From contig JAKAHY010000004.1 in NCBI GenBank assembly GCA_021814695.1, positions 24,481 to 88,480 of the forward strand: DNA of 64,000 bases, written 5' to 3'. The position numbers and the translations under genes are program-made. The stretch is from a bacterium (GTDB lineage Bacteria > Patescibacteriota > Minisyncoccia > UBA6257 > JAGOQP01). The notes beneath the pieces were generated by a model. That model was not told the origin of the DNA, made no database searches, and saw only the letters and a list, made by a program, of their open reading frames with translations. Each line of letters starts with the position of its first letter. Position 1 is the first letter of the stretch. Below are positions 28,664 to 38,446 of the stretch, piece by piece.

Positions 28664-29998
28664 ATGGCCGCAAACATTTCATCAAAACCAGGAGTCTCCA
28701 AGTATCTTTCACAGCCAGAATTTCGTCCGGTTTATTATCTATCGCCGCTTTTAATAATTGTGCTGATAGTGTCTTTCCTTTATGTGCCCGCAAGCCTTGT
28801 ATTGATTCCGGTTTTGGCGGTTGTCGCTGTTCTGGTGCTGATGGTGGCCTTAAGTTGGCGCCTTTCCAAAGCTAATATTAATGTCAAAACGGAAACACAG
28901 CAGGTACAAAGCATAATAGCTCATCTTAATATTGGAGTGGTTGCTTATGATAACGACTTTAAAGTTCTGATTTTCAATCCGGCCGCTGAAGAAATATTTG
29001 CACTTAATCGTGGAGATATAGTGGGACAAAAATTATCGGCCGCTATGGCCAGTGATCCGAAATTTAAAGTGCTTGCACAAGTCGTCTTTTCTTCTCTGGC
29101 ACCGACGGTTATCAAGCGTTCTGACCCGGGAGTTTATCCTCAAATTATTGACGTCTCATTTGATGAACCGATGCTTGAGTTGAGGGTTGTGACTGACAAG
29201 ATCTTTGACGAGAAAGGCGCCGTGAGCGGGTTTGTTAAGCTTATTACCAACAGAACGCGCGAGATAGAGTTGTTAAAATCAAAAACAGAATTTATTACCG
29301 TTGCCGCTCACCAGTTGCGCACTCCGCTGACCGCCATCAACTGGGCGTTGGAAAGTTTGGAAGGCAGCCAATTACAACCTCAACAGAAAGAATTGGCCGA
29401 CACCGGATTTTTAGCCGCCAAAAAAATGCTTAAAACAGTCAACGACTTATTGGACGTGGCAAAAATCGAAGAAGGGCGTTTTGGATATCAATTTGAAGAA
29501 GTTAATGTGGTCTCATATCTGGAAGATATACTTTCCCAGTCGAATGATATCGCCAAGCAATACAACATAAAACTTTATTTTCAAAGACCAAAGGAGTCTT
29601 CTATCTCGGTATATATCGATCAGCAAAAGATGAGTATGGTTCTTTTTAATCTCATAGACAACGCCATCAAATATAATGTCGAAAACGGTTCGGTGACCGT
29701 ATCTGTCGAGAAAGTAAATAACGAACCATACGTAAAGATAACAATCAAAGATACGGGAATCGGCATTCCGGCAAACCAGATGGACAAATTATTTACTAAA
29801 TTTTTCCGAGCCGACAACGTTGTTAAGTTTTCCCCGGACGGTACGGGGATGGGCTTATATATAGTCAAAAATATTGTTACGCGCCATGGTGGGAAAATTT
29901 GGGTTGAGTCGGAATTAAATCGTGGGACGACTTTCTACTTTACGGTACCGACCAGCAAAGACATGATACCCAAAAAAGAACTGGTTGAATTTGAATGA
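28664..29998 (+). CDS. PAS-domain sensor histidine kinase
   Basis: 2 TM; PAS (FNPAAEEIF); H-box AAHQLRTPL; NLIDNAIKY, DTGIGI, GTGMGL. Confidence 0.93.
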   Translation: MAANISSKPGVSKYLSQPEFRPVYYLSPLLIIVLIVSFLYVPASLVLIPVLAVVAVLVLMVALSWRLSKANINVKTETQQVQSIIAHLNIGVVAYDNDFKVLIFNPAAEEIFALNRGDIVGQKLSAAMASDPKFKVLAQVVFSSLAPTVIKRSDPGVYPQIIDVSFDEPMLELRVVTDKIFDEKGAVSGFVKLITNRTREIELLKSKTEFITVAAHQLRTPLTAINWALESLEGSQLQPQQKELADTGFLAAKKMLKTVNDLLDVAKIEEGRFGYQFEEVNVVSYLEDILSQSNDIAKQYNIKLYFQRPKESSISVYIDQQKMSMVLFNLIDNAIKYNVENGSVTVSVEKVNNEPYVKITIKDTGIGIPANQMDKLFTKFFRADNVVKFSPDGTGMGLYIVKNIVTRHGGKIWVESELNRGTTFYFTVPTSKDMIPKKELVEFE

Positions 29999-30015
29999 GT
30001 AAAATAACCGGCAAT

Positions 30016-30041
30016 AAAAAATCGCAATTAAGCGATTTTTT
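30016..30041 (+). terminator. Terminator closing the T4SS-like/kinase locus
   Basis: AAAAAATCGC-aattaa-GCGATTTTTT. Confidence 0.7.
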
Positions 30042-30076
30042 GGTATAATAAATTCAGAACCGTGCATGGAGATAGC

Positions 30077-30274
30077 ATGCTGACTATGACGTCGAAAGAA
30101 AGGAAAATTGTCAGGTCTTTATTGGCTTTAGCCGGTGGAAACTCAGATATTGTTTTTTCGGCGCTTACCGAAAGCTCCAAAAGAAATGGGGGAAATCCCA
30201 GAATGGAAGAGGTTCAAAAGCTTATAAAAGAATACTTGTCAGGAAGGCCACTTGATCACTTATTTCGTTGCTAA
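30077..30274 (+). CDS. Small orphan protein
   Basis: TGGTATAAT 30041-30049, GGAG 30068-30071, ATG 30077; terminator AACCGC-atta-GCGGTTTTTT at the stop. Confidence 0.6.
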   Translation: MLTMTSKERKIVRSLLALAGGNSDIVFSALTESSKRNGGNPRMEEVQKLIKEYLSGRPLDHLFRC

Positions 30275-30359
30275 CCGCATTAGCGGTTTTTTTGTTAAAA
30301 AACAACATATTGTATTTTGACTTTAGCTTTCAGCCTTGTCAAAATTAGGCATTCTTTAT

Positions 30360-31265
30360 ATGCCCGAATTACCGGAAGTACAAACTATCGTCAATGACCT
30401 TAAAAAACGCGTATGTGGCCGAACTATTGTTGATTATTGGACAGATACGCCCAAGCTGGTGAAAAAACCGGCATTTAAACGGTTTCTTAAAGAGATAAAA
30501 GATCAGACAATCATTGACGTTCAAAGGAGGGGGAAAAACGTCTTGTTTTTTCTTGAGGGTCATAATCGAAATAAGAAACTGAGTGAAATGTTGACTCATC
30601 AAAAAATGACCGGTCATTTTTTGATTGGAAAATGGAATATCGGAAAAAAAGGAGGTAAAAAATTTTCCACCCCGGAAACAAAAGGCCCAATATCTTCGGA
30701 TAAATACAATAATTACGTTCGGGCGATATTCTATCTGGATAATGGCCAGCAGCTGGGGTTATCGGATTTAAGAAAATTTGCCAAAATAATGCTGGGTACT
30801 CCCGAAGAAATAGAAAATTCCAACGACCTGAAACAACTCGGACCTGACGCCTTATCCAAAGAATTCAATGCCGATTATTTTTATAATGTCTTACAGAAAC
30901 GGAAAAAACCGATTAAGCCCGTATTACTTGAACAAAGCGTTGCTTCCGGAATAGGAAATATTTATGGAGATGAAGCGCTATTTATTTCAAAAATAAATCC
31001 GCTCAAAAAATCAAACGCCTTGTCCAAGAGACAGGTACGAACTCTTATTGATGCCATTAAGTCGGTCTTAAAAAAATCGCTTAAACTTCGGGGGACATCA
31101 TCTAGCGACTATCGCGATACATACGGAGAAAAAGGCGGCTATCATAGAATTAGGCTGGTTTATGACCGCGAGGGAGAACCCTGTCGTATCTGCGGAGAGC
31201 CGATAAAGCGCATAAAAATAGGCCAGAGGTCGTCTCACTATTGTCCTCACTGCCAGAAAATGTAG
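30360..31265 (+). CDS. mutM: Formamidopyrimidine-DNA glycosylase
   Basis: MPELPEV start, RRGK, LGPDAL, GIGNIYGDE, C4 zinc finger. Confidence 0.96.
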   Translation: MPELPEVQTIVNDLKKRVCGRTIVDYWTDTPKLVKKPAFKRFLKEIKDQTIIDVQRRGKNVLFFLEGHNRNKKLSEMLTHQKMTGHFLIGKWNIGKKGGKKFSTPETKGPISSDKYNNYVRAIFYLDNGQQLGLSDLRKFAKIMLGTPEEIENSNDLKQLGPDALSKEFNADYFYNVLQKRKKPIKPVLLEQSVASGIGNIYGDEALFISKINPLKKSNALSKRQVRTLIDAIKSVLKKSLKLRGTSSSDYRDTYGEKGGYHRIRLVYDREGEPCRICGEPIKRIKIGQRSSHYCPHCQKM

Positions 31266-31277
31266 AATAAATTCAAA

Positions 31278-32084
31278 ATGATATATCTTTTCTTCGGTCC
31301 AAATAATTATGCGCGCAGGAAAAAAGCCTCAGCTCTTATTGAGGCGATATTAAAGAAACATCCGCAAACAGCGGTTGGAACTTTCTATCTGGATGAAGAT
31401 GGTCAGACAGACGCCCTCTATGATTTTTTGTCACCCAAAAGCCTTTTCGAATCATCCAAAAGGGCGGCGCGGGTTAAAAACAGTACCGGAGCCGACAGTA
31501 ATCCATTGCTCGAAAAAATTATTAATCTTATGAAGTCCGACAAGGAAAGCCTTCTTATTTTTGATGAATCATGGAGCGAAAAATCAATCCCCAAGTGGCT
31601 TTCGGGGATTATCAAAAGCGGAGAAGTAAAAACTTTTGGATTTCCGGAACTCAGTCGGGATGAAGCAATTCGTTTGATTTTGAATGAAGCAAAAAAGAGT
31701 GGAATTGCCATGGATATCGGAGCCGCTCAGTTTCTTTTTGATTCACTTAACGGAGATGTTGATTCATGTATGGGAGAAATAGCCAAGCTTATCCAGTTAA
31801 AGCGCCCGATAACCAGACAGTTTCTATCTTCTCTGGATGAATATCGGCTCGAACATGGAATCTACGATTTTTCGCGATCGGTTTCTCACGGCAATATTTC
31901 GGAGAAATTGAGGATGTGGGAAGAACTCTTGGCTCAAAAAACGGATCCTTATATAGTTTTTAATTATCTTGCCAAATCGGCCTCAACTTTGCCGCAGATA
32001 AAAAAAATCGCCGACGCGGATGTCAGCGTGAAAAGCGGCTTATTGGAGCCTTACCAGGCAATCCTGGCGCTTTTACTTTCCTGA
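31278..32084 (+). CDS. holA: DNA polymerase III delta subunit (short)
   Basis: MIYLFFGPNNY, GEIAKL, ADVSVKSG; convergent with rpsT as in many bacteria. Confidence 0.75.
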   Translation: MIYLFFGPNNYARRKKASALIEAILKKHPQTAVGTFYLDEDGQTDALYDFLSPKSLFESSKRAARVKNSTGADSNPLLEKIINLMKSDKESLLIFDESWSEKSIPKWLSGIIKSGEVKTFGFPELSRDEAIRLILNEAKKSGIAMDIGAAQFLFDSLNGDVDSCMGEIAKLIQLKRPITRQFLSSLDEYRLEHGIYDFSRSVSHGNISEKLRMWEELLAQKTDPYIVFNYLAKSASTLPQIKKIADADVSVKSGLLEPYQAILALLLS

Positions 32085-32342
32085 TACTTTAGCAAGAAGT
32101 TTTGCCATGCGGGATTTAAGCCGTCCAGCCGTATTTTTTTTGATAATACCGGATTTGGCAGCTTTATCCAGAGCTTTATATACTTTTTTGATTTCATCCT
32201 GAGCTTCCTTGCTTTTCTTGGCGGCCACCAGTTTCTTAAAACTCTTTAAGGCTTTTTTAAGAAGCTCCTTTTGTTTGGAGTTTTTGGCTCGATGGCGAAT
32301 ATTTTGTCGCAAAGCTTTTTTGGCTGATAATATCTTCGGCAT
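32073..32342 (-). CDS. rpsT: 30S ribosomal protein S20
   Basis: SAKKALRQ, LDKAAKSGIIKKNTAGRLKSR. Confidence 0.96.
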   Translation of the reverse strand: MPKILSAKKALRQNIRHRAKNSKQKELLKKALKSFKKLVAAKKSKEAQDEIKKVYKALDKAAKSGIIKKNTAGRLKSRMAKLLAKVSGK

Positions 32343-32423
32343 TTTTTCTTTTTATTATTGGCTTAAAGTTATCAAATCGGAGCTTTAAAGTCAATTCCAA
32401 TTGTTTTATAATGGCATTATTCA

Positions 32424-32993
32424 ATGTTTTACTCATTTTCGGGAAAGGTTACAGCTAAAGACCAGAATTCGGTCGTAATTGAAACTGTCGGAATCGGCTT
32501 TAGGCTTTTTGTTTTAAATGATCTATCCTCATCGCTTCAAATGGGAAAGCGGGTAAAGCTTTACTCTTTTTTTCATTCGGAAAACTTTGAGCTTTACGGA
32601 TTTTTAAAACAAAGCGAAAAAACCTTTTTTGAAATGCTCGTCGGTATTTCTGGAATTGGCCCCAAAAACGCCCTAAAAATCATGAATTTAATCGATATTC
32701 CGAGTTTGAAGGCGGCTATCGCCGGAGAAGATCTGCGGACGCTTAAGGATGCGGGTATCAGTGTGAAAACGGCGTCTAAAATCATTCTTGAGCTTAAGGG
32801 TAAGTTGGAAAAGGAGTCTCTGCTTCCATCAGGACGAAAAGCGCCGACACAGGAGGTTAAGGATGCGCTGAGGTCTTTGGGTTATTCGAAAAATGACATT
32901 GACTATGTAATATCTCAGATTCCGGACTCGGCTAAAAAAGTGGAAGATATGGTCAAGAGCGCTCTTAAAATTTTAGCCAGCCACAGGCGATAA
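32424..32993 (+). CDS. ruvA: Holliday junction DNA helicase subunit RuvA
   Basis: LYGF, ISGIGPKNAL, KTASKIILELKGK, ALRSLGY. Confidence 0.93.
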   Translation: MFYSFSGKVTAKDQNSVVIETVGIGFRLFVLNDLSSSLQMGKRVKLYSFFHSENFELYGFLKQSEKTFFEMLVGISGIGPKNALKIMNLIDIPSLKAAIAGEDLRTLKDAGISVKTASKIILELKGKLEKESLLPSGRKAPTQEVKDALRSLGYSKNDIDYVISQIPDSAKKVEDMVKSALKILASHRR

Positions 32994-32995
32994 GT

Positions 32996-34204
32996 ATGAA
33001 AAAAATAATTAATCTTGCATATTCGGCGTATCACTGGCTTTTGAGTCTTGTATCGGCGCTTTGGTACAGGTTTCCTTCCAGAAAAATAATAGTGGTAGGA
33101 ATCACGGGAACAAAGGGTAAGACCACAACGGTGGCGTTGTTGTCGCACATTCTGGAAAAGTCCGGCAAAAAAACCGCTTTTGTTTCTTCAAACGCAATCA
33201 AGATAGGCGACAACCTAACTAAAAATCGTTTGGGCAACAGCATGCCCGGAAGATTTTTTCTCCAGGAATTTTTATATGGTGCCGTGCGGGCCGGATGCGA
33301 TGTTGCAATTATAGAGGTTACTTCACAGGGAGTAATTCAACATAGACATAAGTTTATTCTGTGGGACAGGGCCGTTTTTTTGAATATACATCCCGAGCAC
33401 ATAGAGGCTCACGGGTCATTTGAGAATTATTTAAAAGCCAAAATTTTATTTTTTGATTATGCGGCAAAACATCACGATCTTAAACAGCCTCAATTTATTG
33501 TTAACGGGAAAGACCCACAATCGGAGCGATTCTTAAAAATGACGCCGGGATTTATTGTCAGGCATTTTACCGATAACGAAGCTGTTATCAGCGGCGCAAA
33601 CATTCCCGAAACTCTTTCGGGAGAATTTAACAGATTTAATATATCGGCGGCTATTGTTATTGCGCGGACTTTGGGGGTTGCCGATTCTATTATTAATAAA
33701 GGGATAGAGACTTTTGGAGGAGTTGAGGGAAGGATGGAGGTTGTGGTCAAGAGCCCATTTATAGGAGTTGTCGATTACGCGCATACGCCCGAATCGCTTG
33801 AGGCTGTTTACAAATATTGGAAGTCGAAAAAAAATCGGCATAAGCTGATTTGTGTTTTAGGCTCAGCCGGGGGAGGGCGGGACAAGTGGAAGCGCCCGGA
33901 ATTCGGGAAAATTGCAGCCAAATACTGCAGTGACATTATTTTAACCGATGAGGATCCCTACGATGAAAATCCAATGGAAATTATTAATCAAATTGAGAGC
34001 GGAATTCTTGAAAATGAGCATCGCCCGCCTTTGGTAAAGATAATAGACAGGAAAGAAGCGATTGAAACCGCGGTTTTGATGGCAAAAAAGGGCGACATTA
34101 TTGTCTGTACGGGCAAGGGCTCCGAGGAGTTTATCCATGTTGCTCGTGGAAAGAAAATATTCTGGTCTGATAAAAAAACTATTCTTGATGCAATAAAAAA
34201 ATAA
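32996..34204 (+). CDS. murE: Mur ligase, MurE-like (lacks N-terminal domain)
   Basis: GITGTKGKTT, EVTSQG, EHIEAH, GRME, VDYAHTP, GGGRDKWKRP, GKGSE. Confidence 0.85.
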   Translation: MKKIINLAYSAYHWLLSLVSALWYRFPSRKIIVVGITGTKGKTTTVALLSHILEKSGKKTAFVSSNAIKIGDNLTKNRLGNSMPGRFFLQEFLYGAVRAGCDVAIIEVTSQGVIQHRHKFILWDRAVFLNIHPEHIEAHGSFENYLKAKILFFDYAAKHHDLKQPQFIVNGKDPQSERFLKMTPGFIVRHFTDNEAVISGANIPETLSGEFNRFNISAAIVIARTLGVADSIINKGIETFGGVEGRMEVVVKSPFIGVVDYAHTPESLEAVYKYWKSKKNRHKLICVLGSAGGGRDKWKRPEFGKIAAKYCSDIILTDEDPYDENPMEIINQIESGILENEHRPPLVKIIDRKEAIETAVLMAKKGDIIVCTGKGSEEFIHVARGKKIFWSDKKTILDAIKK

Positions 34205-34210
34205 GGAGAG

Positions 34211-34450
34211 TCAGCGCTCTCCTCCCGGAATATCGGTTTTTGGCGGATTGGCCGGTTTGACTTTCATCTCGACGTAGCTTTCCGGCCGGAACCCATGTTC
34301 CCGGTTGAACCGGATTCGGGCAAATTGCTTGGCTTGTTTCTCCGAATATGCCCAAGTATAGTAGATGACCTTTTTTCCACCGTGGTGTACTAAATTAAGG
34401 CAAGTCACTTCGAAGTGGACCTTTCCTCCATGGTCCAGCGTTTTTGGCAC
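34211..34450 (-). CDS. Small orphan protein
   Basis: GTG start 6 nt after AAGGAGG; TTGACT-17-TATAAA upstream; hairpin AGGAGAG/CTCTCCT spanning the stop. Confidence 0.6.
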   Translation of the reverse strand: MPKTLDHGGKVHFEVTCLNLVHHGGKKVIYYTWAYSEKQAKQFARIRFNREHGFRPESYVEMKVKPANPPKTDIPGGER

Positions 34451-34578
34451 TGAAGGCCTCCTTTACTAATATCTTTATATCACAAAAGATTGATTTAGTC
34501 AATATAGACCTAACGGTTGACGCTTATCTGGTGTATAATAAATTAAAGGTCGTTTGTGGCAGTAAATTATTTTAATTT

Positions 34579-34788
34579 ATGTTAAAAGATCACAATCACG
34601 ACTTAATTCATCAGCTCTCCGAGATTTCCGACAGTGTCTGGAGGATAGAAAGAATGTATCAAAATACCGCAGAAGAATGTCCTTCTTGCGGCGCTCTCTG
34701 GGCAAAGCTGGCGCACGATTATCACGATCACATCGATATGCTGGCGGATGAAATAAAAAAACATATAAAGGAAGAAAAATTCGATTAA
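34579..34788 (+). CDS. Small helical His-rich protein with CxxC (ferritin-like fragment?)
   Basis: HDLIHQLSE..SVWRI..Y..ECPSC..LW...H..ML; TATAAT upstream. Confidence 0.6.
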   Translation: MLKDHNHDLIHQLSEISDSVWRIERMYQNTAEECPSCGALWAKLAHDYHDHIDMLADEIKKHIKEEKFD

Positions 34789-34791
34789 TTT

Positions 34792-36144
34792 ATGAAGTTA
34801 ACTTTTGCAGGAGGGGCCGGAAGAGTTACCGGATCTTGTTACTTACTTGAGGACGGAGACGCCAAGATTTTGGTGGATTGCGGAATGAATCAAGGAGACC
34901 GGTCTTTGGAGGAGGATAATTTTGAAGCGTTTCCATTCAATCCGTCGGAGGTTGATGCTCTTTTTGTGACTCATTCGCACATTGATCATGTGGGTAGAAT
35001 TCCGAAACTGGTTAAAGACGGTTTTAAGGGAGTTATCTATTCTACTGCCCCTACAAAAGACGAAGCCTACGAGCTTCTTTTGGATACAAGGCATTTGATG
35101 GAACACGAAGCTCAGCCGGGACAGCTGTTGTTGTATGAGGTCTCGGATATAGACAATGCGATGAATTTATGGAGAACGGTCCATTATCACGGCGATTTAT
35201 CCGTAAAGAATTTTAAAATAGAATTTTATAATTCCGGCCATGTATTGGGGTCGGCTTCGGTAGTGATTTCGTCCGGCGGTAAAACCGTTGCTTTCTCCGG
35301 AGATTTGGGTAATATTCCGGCTCCATTGGTTAAAGACACGGAATACATAAGTTCGGCGGATTATGCTCTTGTTGAATCAGCTTACGGAAACAGAGTTCAT
35401 GAGTCGGTCAGGGAAAGGAAATCTATTCTTGAGGATGTAATTGAAGACACGTTTAAATCCAAGGGAACTTTGATGATTCCCGCATTTGCCATGGAGCGTA
35501 CCCAAGAGCTGCTTTTTGAACTGAATGATCTGGTTGAAAACAGGCGGATACCCAAAGTCCCGATTTTTATAGATAGCCCGCTGGCGATAAAATTAACTTC
35601 TATCTACAGGAAGTATGAAGGTAACGCGGAATATTTTGACTCGGAAGCCCTGATGATGATGAAAGGCGAGGCTAATATTTTTAATTTTCCGGGTTTGAGA
35701 ATGACTCTTTCCAAAGAAGAATCAAAATCAATCAACGACGTTCCTCCGCCCAAAGTTGTCATTGCGGGTTCGGGAATGTCCAATGGGGGGAGAATTTTAT
35801 ATCACGAAATAAGATATTTGCCGGACGAAAAAAGCGCTTTATTGTTTGTCGGTTTTCAAGCCGAAGGAACCATCGGTAGGCAAATAATCAATGGGTCAAA
35901 AGAGGTTTATATTATGGGCCAAAAAATCCCGGTTCGTTGCCGAGTGGCGGCTATCGGCGGTTACAGCGCTCATGCCGACCAACCCTTGTTGTTAAAATGG
36001 GTCGGCTCAATGCGTTCAACGCTTAAAAGAGTATTTGTTGTACAAGGAGAGCCGGACCAAAGCGGGCCTCTTGCGGGAAAGATAAAAGACGAATTTGCCA
36101 TAGACGCGATCGTTCCTGAAAAAGGACAAGTATTCGAATTGTAG
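34792..36144 (+). CDS. MBL-fold beta-CASP ribonuclease
   Basis: VTGSCY, THSHIDHVG, GHVLGSA, ESAYGNR, YSAHAD. Confidence 0.92.
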   Translation: MKLTFAGGAGRVTGSCYLLEDGDAKILVDCGMNQGDRSLEEDNFEAFPFNPSEVDALFVTHSHIDHVGRIPKLVKDGFKGVIYSTAPTKDEAYELLLDTRHLMEHEAQPGQLLLYEVSDIDNAMNLWRTVHYHGDLSVKNFKIEFYNSGHVLGSASVVISSGGKTVAFSGDLGNIPAPLVKDTEYISSADYALVESAYGNRVHESVRERKSILEDVIEDTFKSKGTLMIPAFAMERTQELLFELNDLVENRRIPKVPIFIDSPLAIKLTSIYRKYEGNAEYFDSEALMMMKGEANIFNFPGLRMTLSKEESKSINDVPPPKVVIAGSGMSNGGRILYHEIRYLPDEKSALLFVGFQAEGTIGRQIINGSKEVYIMGQKIPVRCRVAAIGGYSAHADQPLLLKWVGSMRSTLKRVFVVQGEPDQSGPLAGKIKDEFAIDAIVPEKGQVFEL

Positions 36145-36159
36145 TGATCAGATTGGTAT

Positions 36160-36188
36160 TGCTCTCAATCAATTACTCGGGTAAAATA
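36160..36188 (+). promoter_or_regulatory. Sigma70-type promoter for the LOG-family gene
   Basis: TTGCTC-17-TAAAAT, enclosed by inverted repeat GATCAGAT/ATCTGATC; coordinates approximate. Confidence 0.45.
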
Positions 36189-36222
36189 CGTATCTGATCG
36201 ATTTAAAATAAAAAAATAAAAT

Positions 36223-36855
36223 ATGGACAGCAAAAATTTAAGCAATAACAATACACCCAAATATAGAATTTGTATTTCGGGAGCGGCCGAAACAAGTCAT
36301 TGCGGCGAATCGGCTTTTTCGAAAGCAATAGAGCTCGGGAAAGAAATAATAAAACATAATGGAGTTTTGGTAACCGGAGCAACTACCGGATTTCCGTTCT
36401 GGACTGCAAGAGGAGCCAAGGAACAAGGGGGAATAGTTATCGGATTGTCTCCGGCAAGCAGCGAAAAAGAACATTTGCGCGTTTACAAACTTCCGACCGA
36501 ATATCATGACTTGATCACTTATACCGGTTTCGGATATTCCGGAAGAAATCTTCTTTTAACCAGATCTTCGGATGCGGTTATCGTAGGCTGCGGACGTCTG
36601 GGTACGCTCAACGAATTCACCATTGCCTTTGAGGATAAAAAACCCATCGGCGTTTTGGAGGGAGAATGGGAGGTTGACGATATTATAAAAGAGATTATTG
36701 CCAAAGGGCACAGAGGTAGGGGTAAAATAGCGTATTCCTCGGATCCAAAAGAGCTCGTCGAGAAAGTTATTGCTCTTATAGATGAAGAGAAAAAACTTGA
36801 ACAAAAAGAAACAACCGAAGAGGTATCCAAAGAGTCTCACGAAGGGGGCGAATAA
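36223..36855 (+). CDS. LOG/SLOG family protein
   Basis: LVTGATTG, IGLSPA, TGFGYSGRNLL, GRLGTLNEF. Confidence 0.85.
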   Translation: MDSKNLSNNNTPKYRICISGAAETSHCGESAFSKAIELGKEIIKHNGVLVTGATTGFPFWTARGAKEQGGIVIGLSPASSEKEHLRVYKLPTEYHDLITYTGFGYSGRNLLLTRSSDAVIVGCGRLGTLNEFTIAFEDKKPIGVLEGEWEVDDIIKEIIAKGHRGRGKIAYSSDPKELVEKVIALIDEEKKLEQKETTEEVSKESHEGGE

Positions 36856-36863
36856 AAAAAGAC

Positions 36864-36885
36864 GGCGGCCAAAGGCCGCCTTTTT
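36864..36885 (+). terminator. Intrinsic terminator
   Basis: GGCGGCC-aaa-GGCCGCC-TTTTT. Confidence 0.8.
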
Positions 36886-36987
36886 GATATCAACAGCAAA
36901 GCTATTTTTTTTGCTATACTTATGGAAACCAAACCGAAATTTTAAAATAGTTTGGCAAAGGTCGGTAAAATCGCATTTTTATCGAAT

Positions 36988-37245
36988 ATGTCTAAGAAAA
37001 TTTCTCCCGTCGGAAAAATTACCCATATCTATTCAAAAATAGGTGTGGCAATAGTTAAATTTTCTAAACCGGTTGCAGTTGGCCAGTTGGTCCGTTTTAA
37101 GGGAAATTCGACAGACTTTGTCCAATCGATTGAATCGATCCAATACGACCATAAGCAGATTAAGAAGGCCACTAAGGGTCAGGAGGTTGGCATAAAAGTC
37201 AACGAAAAGATTCACGAAGGTGATAAAATATTTTTGGAAGCATAG
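36988..37245 (+). CDS. Small beta-barrel protein (translation-factor domain II/U32 C-terminal-like)
   Basis: VGKITHIYSKIGVAIV, DFVQSIESIQ, GQEVGIKV; ATG 36988. Confidence 0.7.
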   Translation: MSKKISPVGKITHIYSKIGVAIVKFSKPVAVGQLVRFKGNSTDFVQSIESIQYDHKQIKKATKGQEVGIKVNEKIHEGDKIFLEA

Positions 37246-37257
37246 ATATTTTTTATA

Positions 37258-38421
37258 ATGAAAGCGTTTAGAGAGTTCATTCTACCGACTTCTATTCTGG
37301 CCGGCACTATTATTGGTGCGGGTATTTTTTCTTTACCCTACGTTTTTAGCCAGTCGGGATTGGGGCTGGGATATCTATTTTTGGTTTTATTCGGATTGGT
37401 TTATGTTGCGGTGCATACGATGTATGCCGACATCTTGATAAAAAACGGGGACCAGCATCGTTTCGCCGGATTGGCCAAAATATATTTCGGCCGGTTCGGC
37501 CACGGCCTTTCCGTGCTGATGACTATTATTGAAATGTTTTTTGTTTTGACAATATATCTTGTTCTTTCGGTAAGTTTTGTTTCTCTTATTTTTCCAAAAC
37601 TTCCAGCTATTTATCAGCTCGTTATTTTTTGGTGGCTGGGCACGTTGATTATATTCTCGGGAACAAAAAAAATGGCTTTTTTCGAGACGTTGGCGGTAAC
37701 CGGAATATTGGCCGCGATAGCGATAATCGCGTCATTGGGAGTGGCCGATTTTTTAAATAAGCCGTTTATATTTGTTTCTCCGCTATGGAAGTCCTGGTTA
37801 TTGCCGTTTGGGGCGCTACTTTTTTCGATTAATGGCAGACCGGCAATTCCCACAGTCACTCATTATTTCAGAAGGAACGGGTTTCCGGTGGAAAAATCAA
37901 AATGGCCAATAATTTGGGGCACTCTAATTCCTGTTGCCGCTTATGGAATTTTTGTTGCCGGGGCATTGGGTATGTCTTCTGTGGTTACCTCCGATACGAT
38001 AACTGGAATAGTGAGCTCAATTCCGTCTCATGTTCTGGTATTAGCCTTGGCGGTTCTCGGAGCATTATCGCTTATCAGTTCTTATTTTGCGATCGGTTTG
38101 GATGTTTTTAAATCTCTTGAATTGGATTTAAAATTTTCTAAAAGATTCGCTATGTTTTTGGTCATAGCGCTGCCGCTTATCATTTATTTTTTTGATATGG
38201 GGAATTTTATAACATTAATTGAAATTGCCGGAGGAATTTTCATCGGCGTTGAGGGACTTTTGATTGTTGCGATGTGGAGTAAAATGAAAAAAGGCCTGAT
38301 TGGGGCCGGAATTTCAGATAGGGGAATGATGCCTTTTAAATCCGATTATATTAAATACGGACTTTACGGAGTTTTTGGGATCAGCATCGCTTACGCAATT
38401 ATCTCAAGATTTTTCCACTAA
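37258..38421 (+). CDS. Aromatic amino acid permease family transporter
   Basis: LAGTIIGAGIFSLPY; about 11 TM. Confidence 0.85.
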   Translation: MKAFREFILPTSILAGTIIGAGIFSLPYVFSQSGLGLGYLFLVLFGLVYVAVHTMYADILIKNGDQHRFAGLAKIYFGRFGHGLSVLMTIIEMFFVLTIYLVLSVSFVSLIFPKLPAIYQLVIFWWLGTLIIFSGTKKMAFFETLAVTGILAAIAIIASLGVADFLNKPFIFVSPLWKSWLLPFGALLFSINGRPAIPTVTHYFRRNGFPVEKSKWPIIWGTLIPVAAYGIFVAGALGMSSVVTSDTITGIVSSIPSHVLVLALAVLGALSLISSYFAIGLDVFKSLELDLKFSKRFAMFLVIALPLIIYFFDMGNFITLIEIAGGIFIGVEGLLIVAMWSKMKKGLIGAGISDRGMMPFKSDYIKYGLYGVFGISIAYAIISRFFH

Positions 38422-38446
38422 GACCGGACTTATAAAGCGAGTGGCA

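Noticed and set aside
14684-29998. ICE or conjugative element call for the T4SS-like locus
   Set aside because: No integrase, relaxase, VirD4 or flanking direct repeats were seen.
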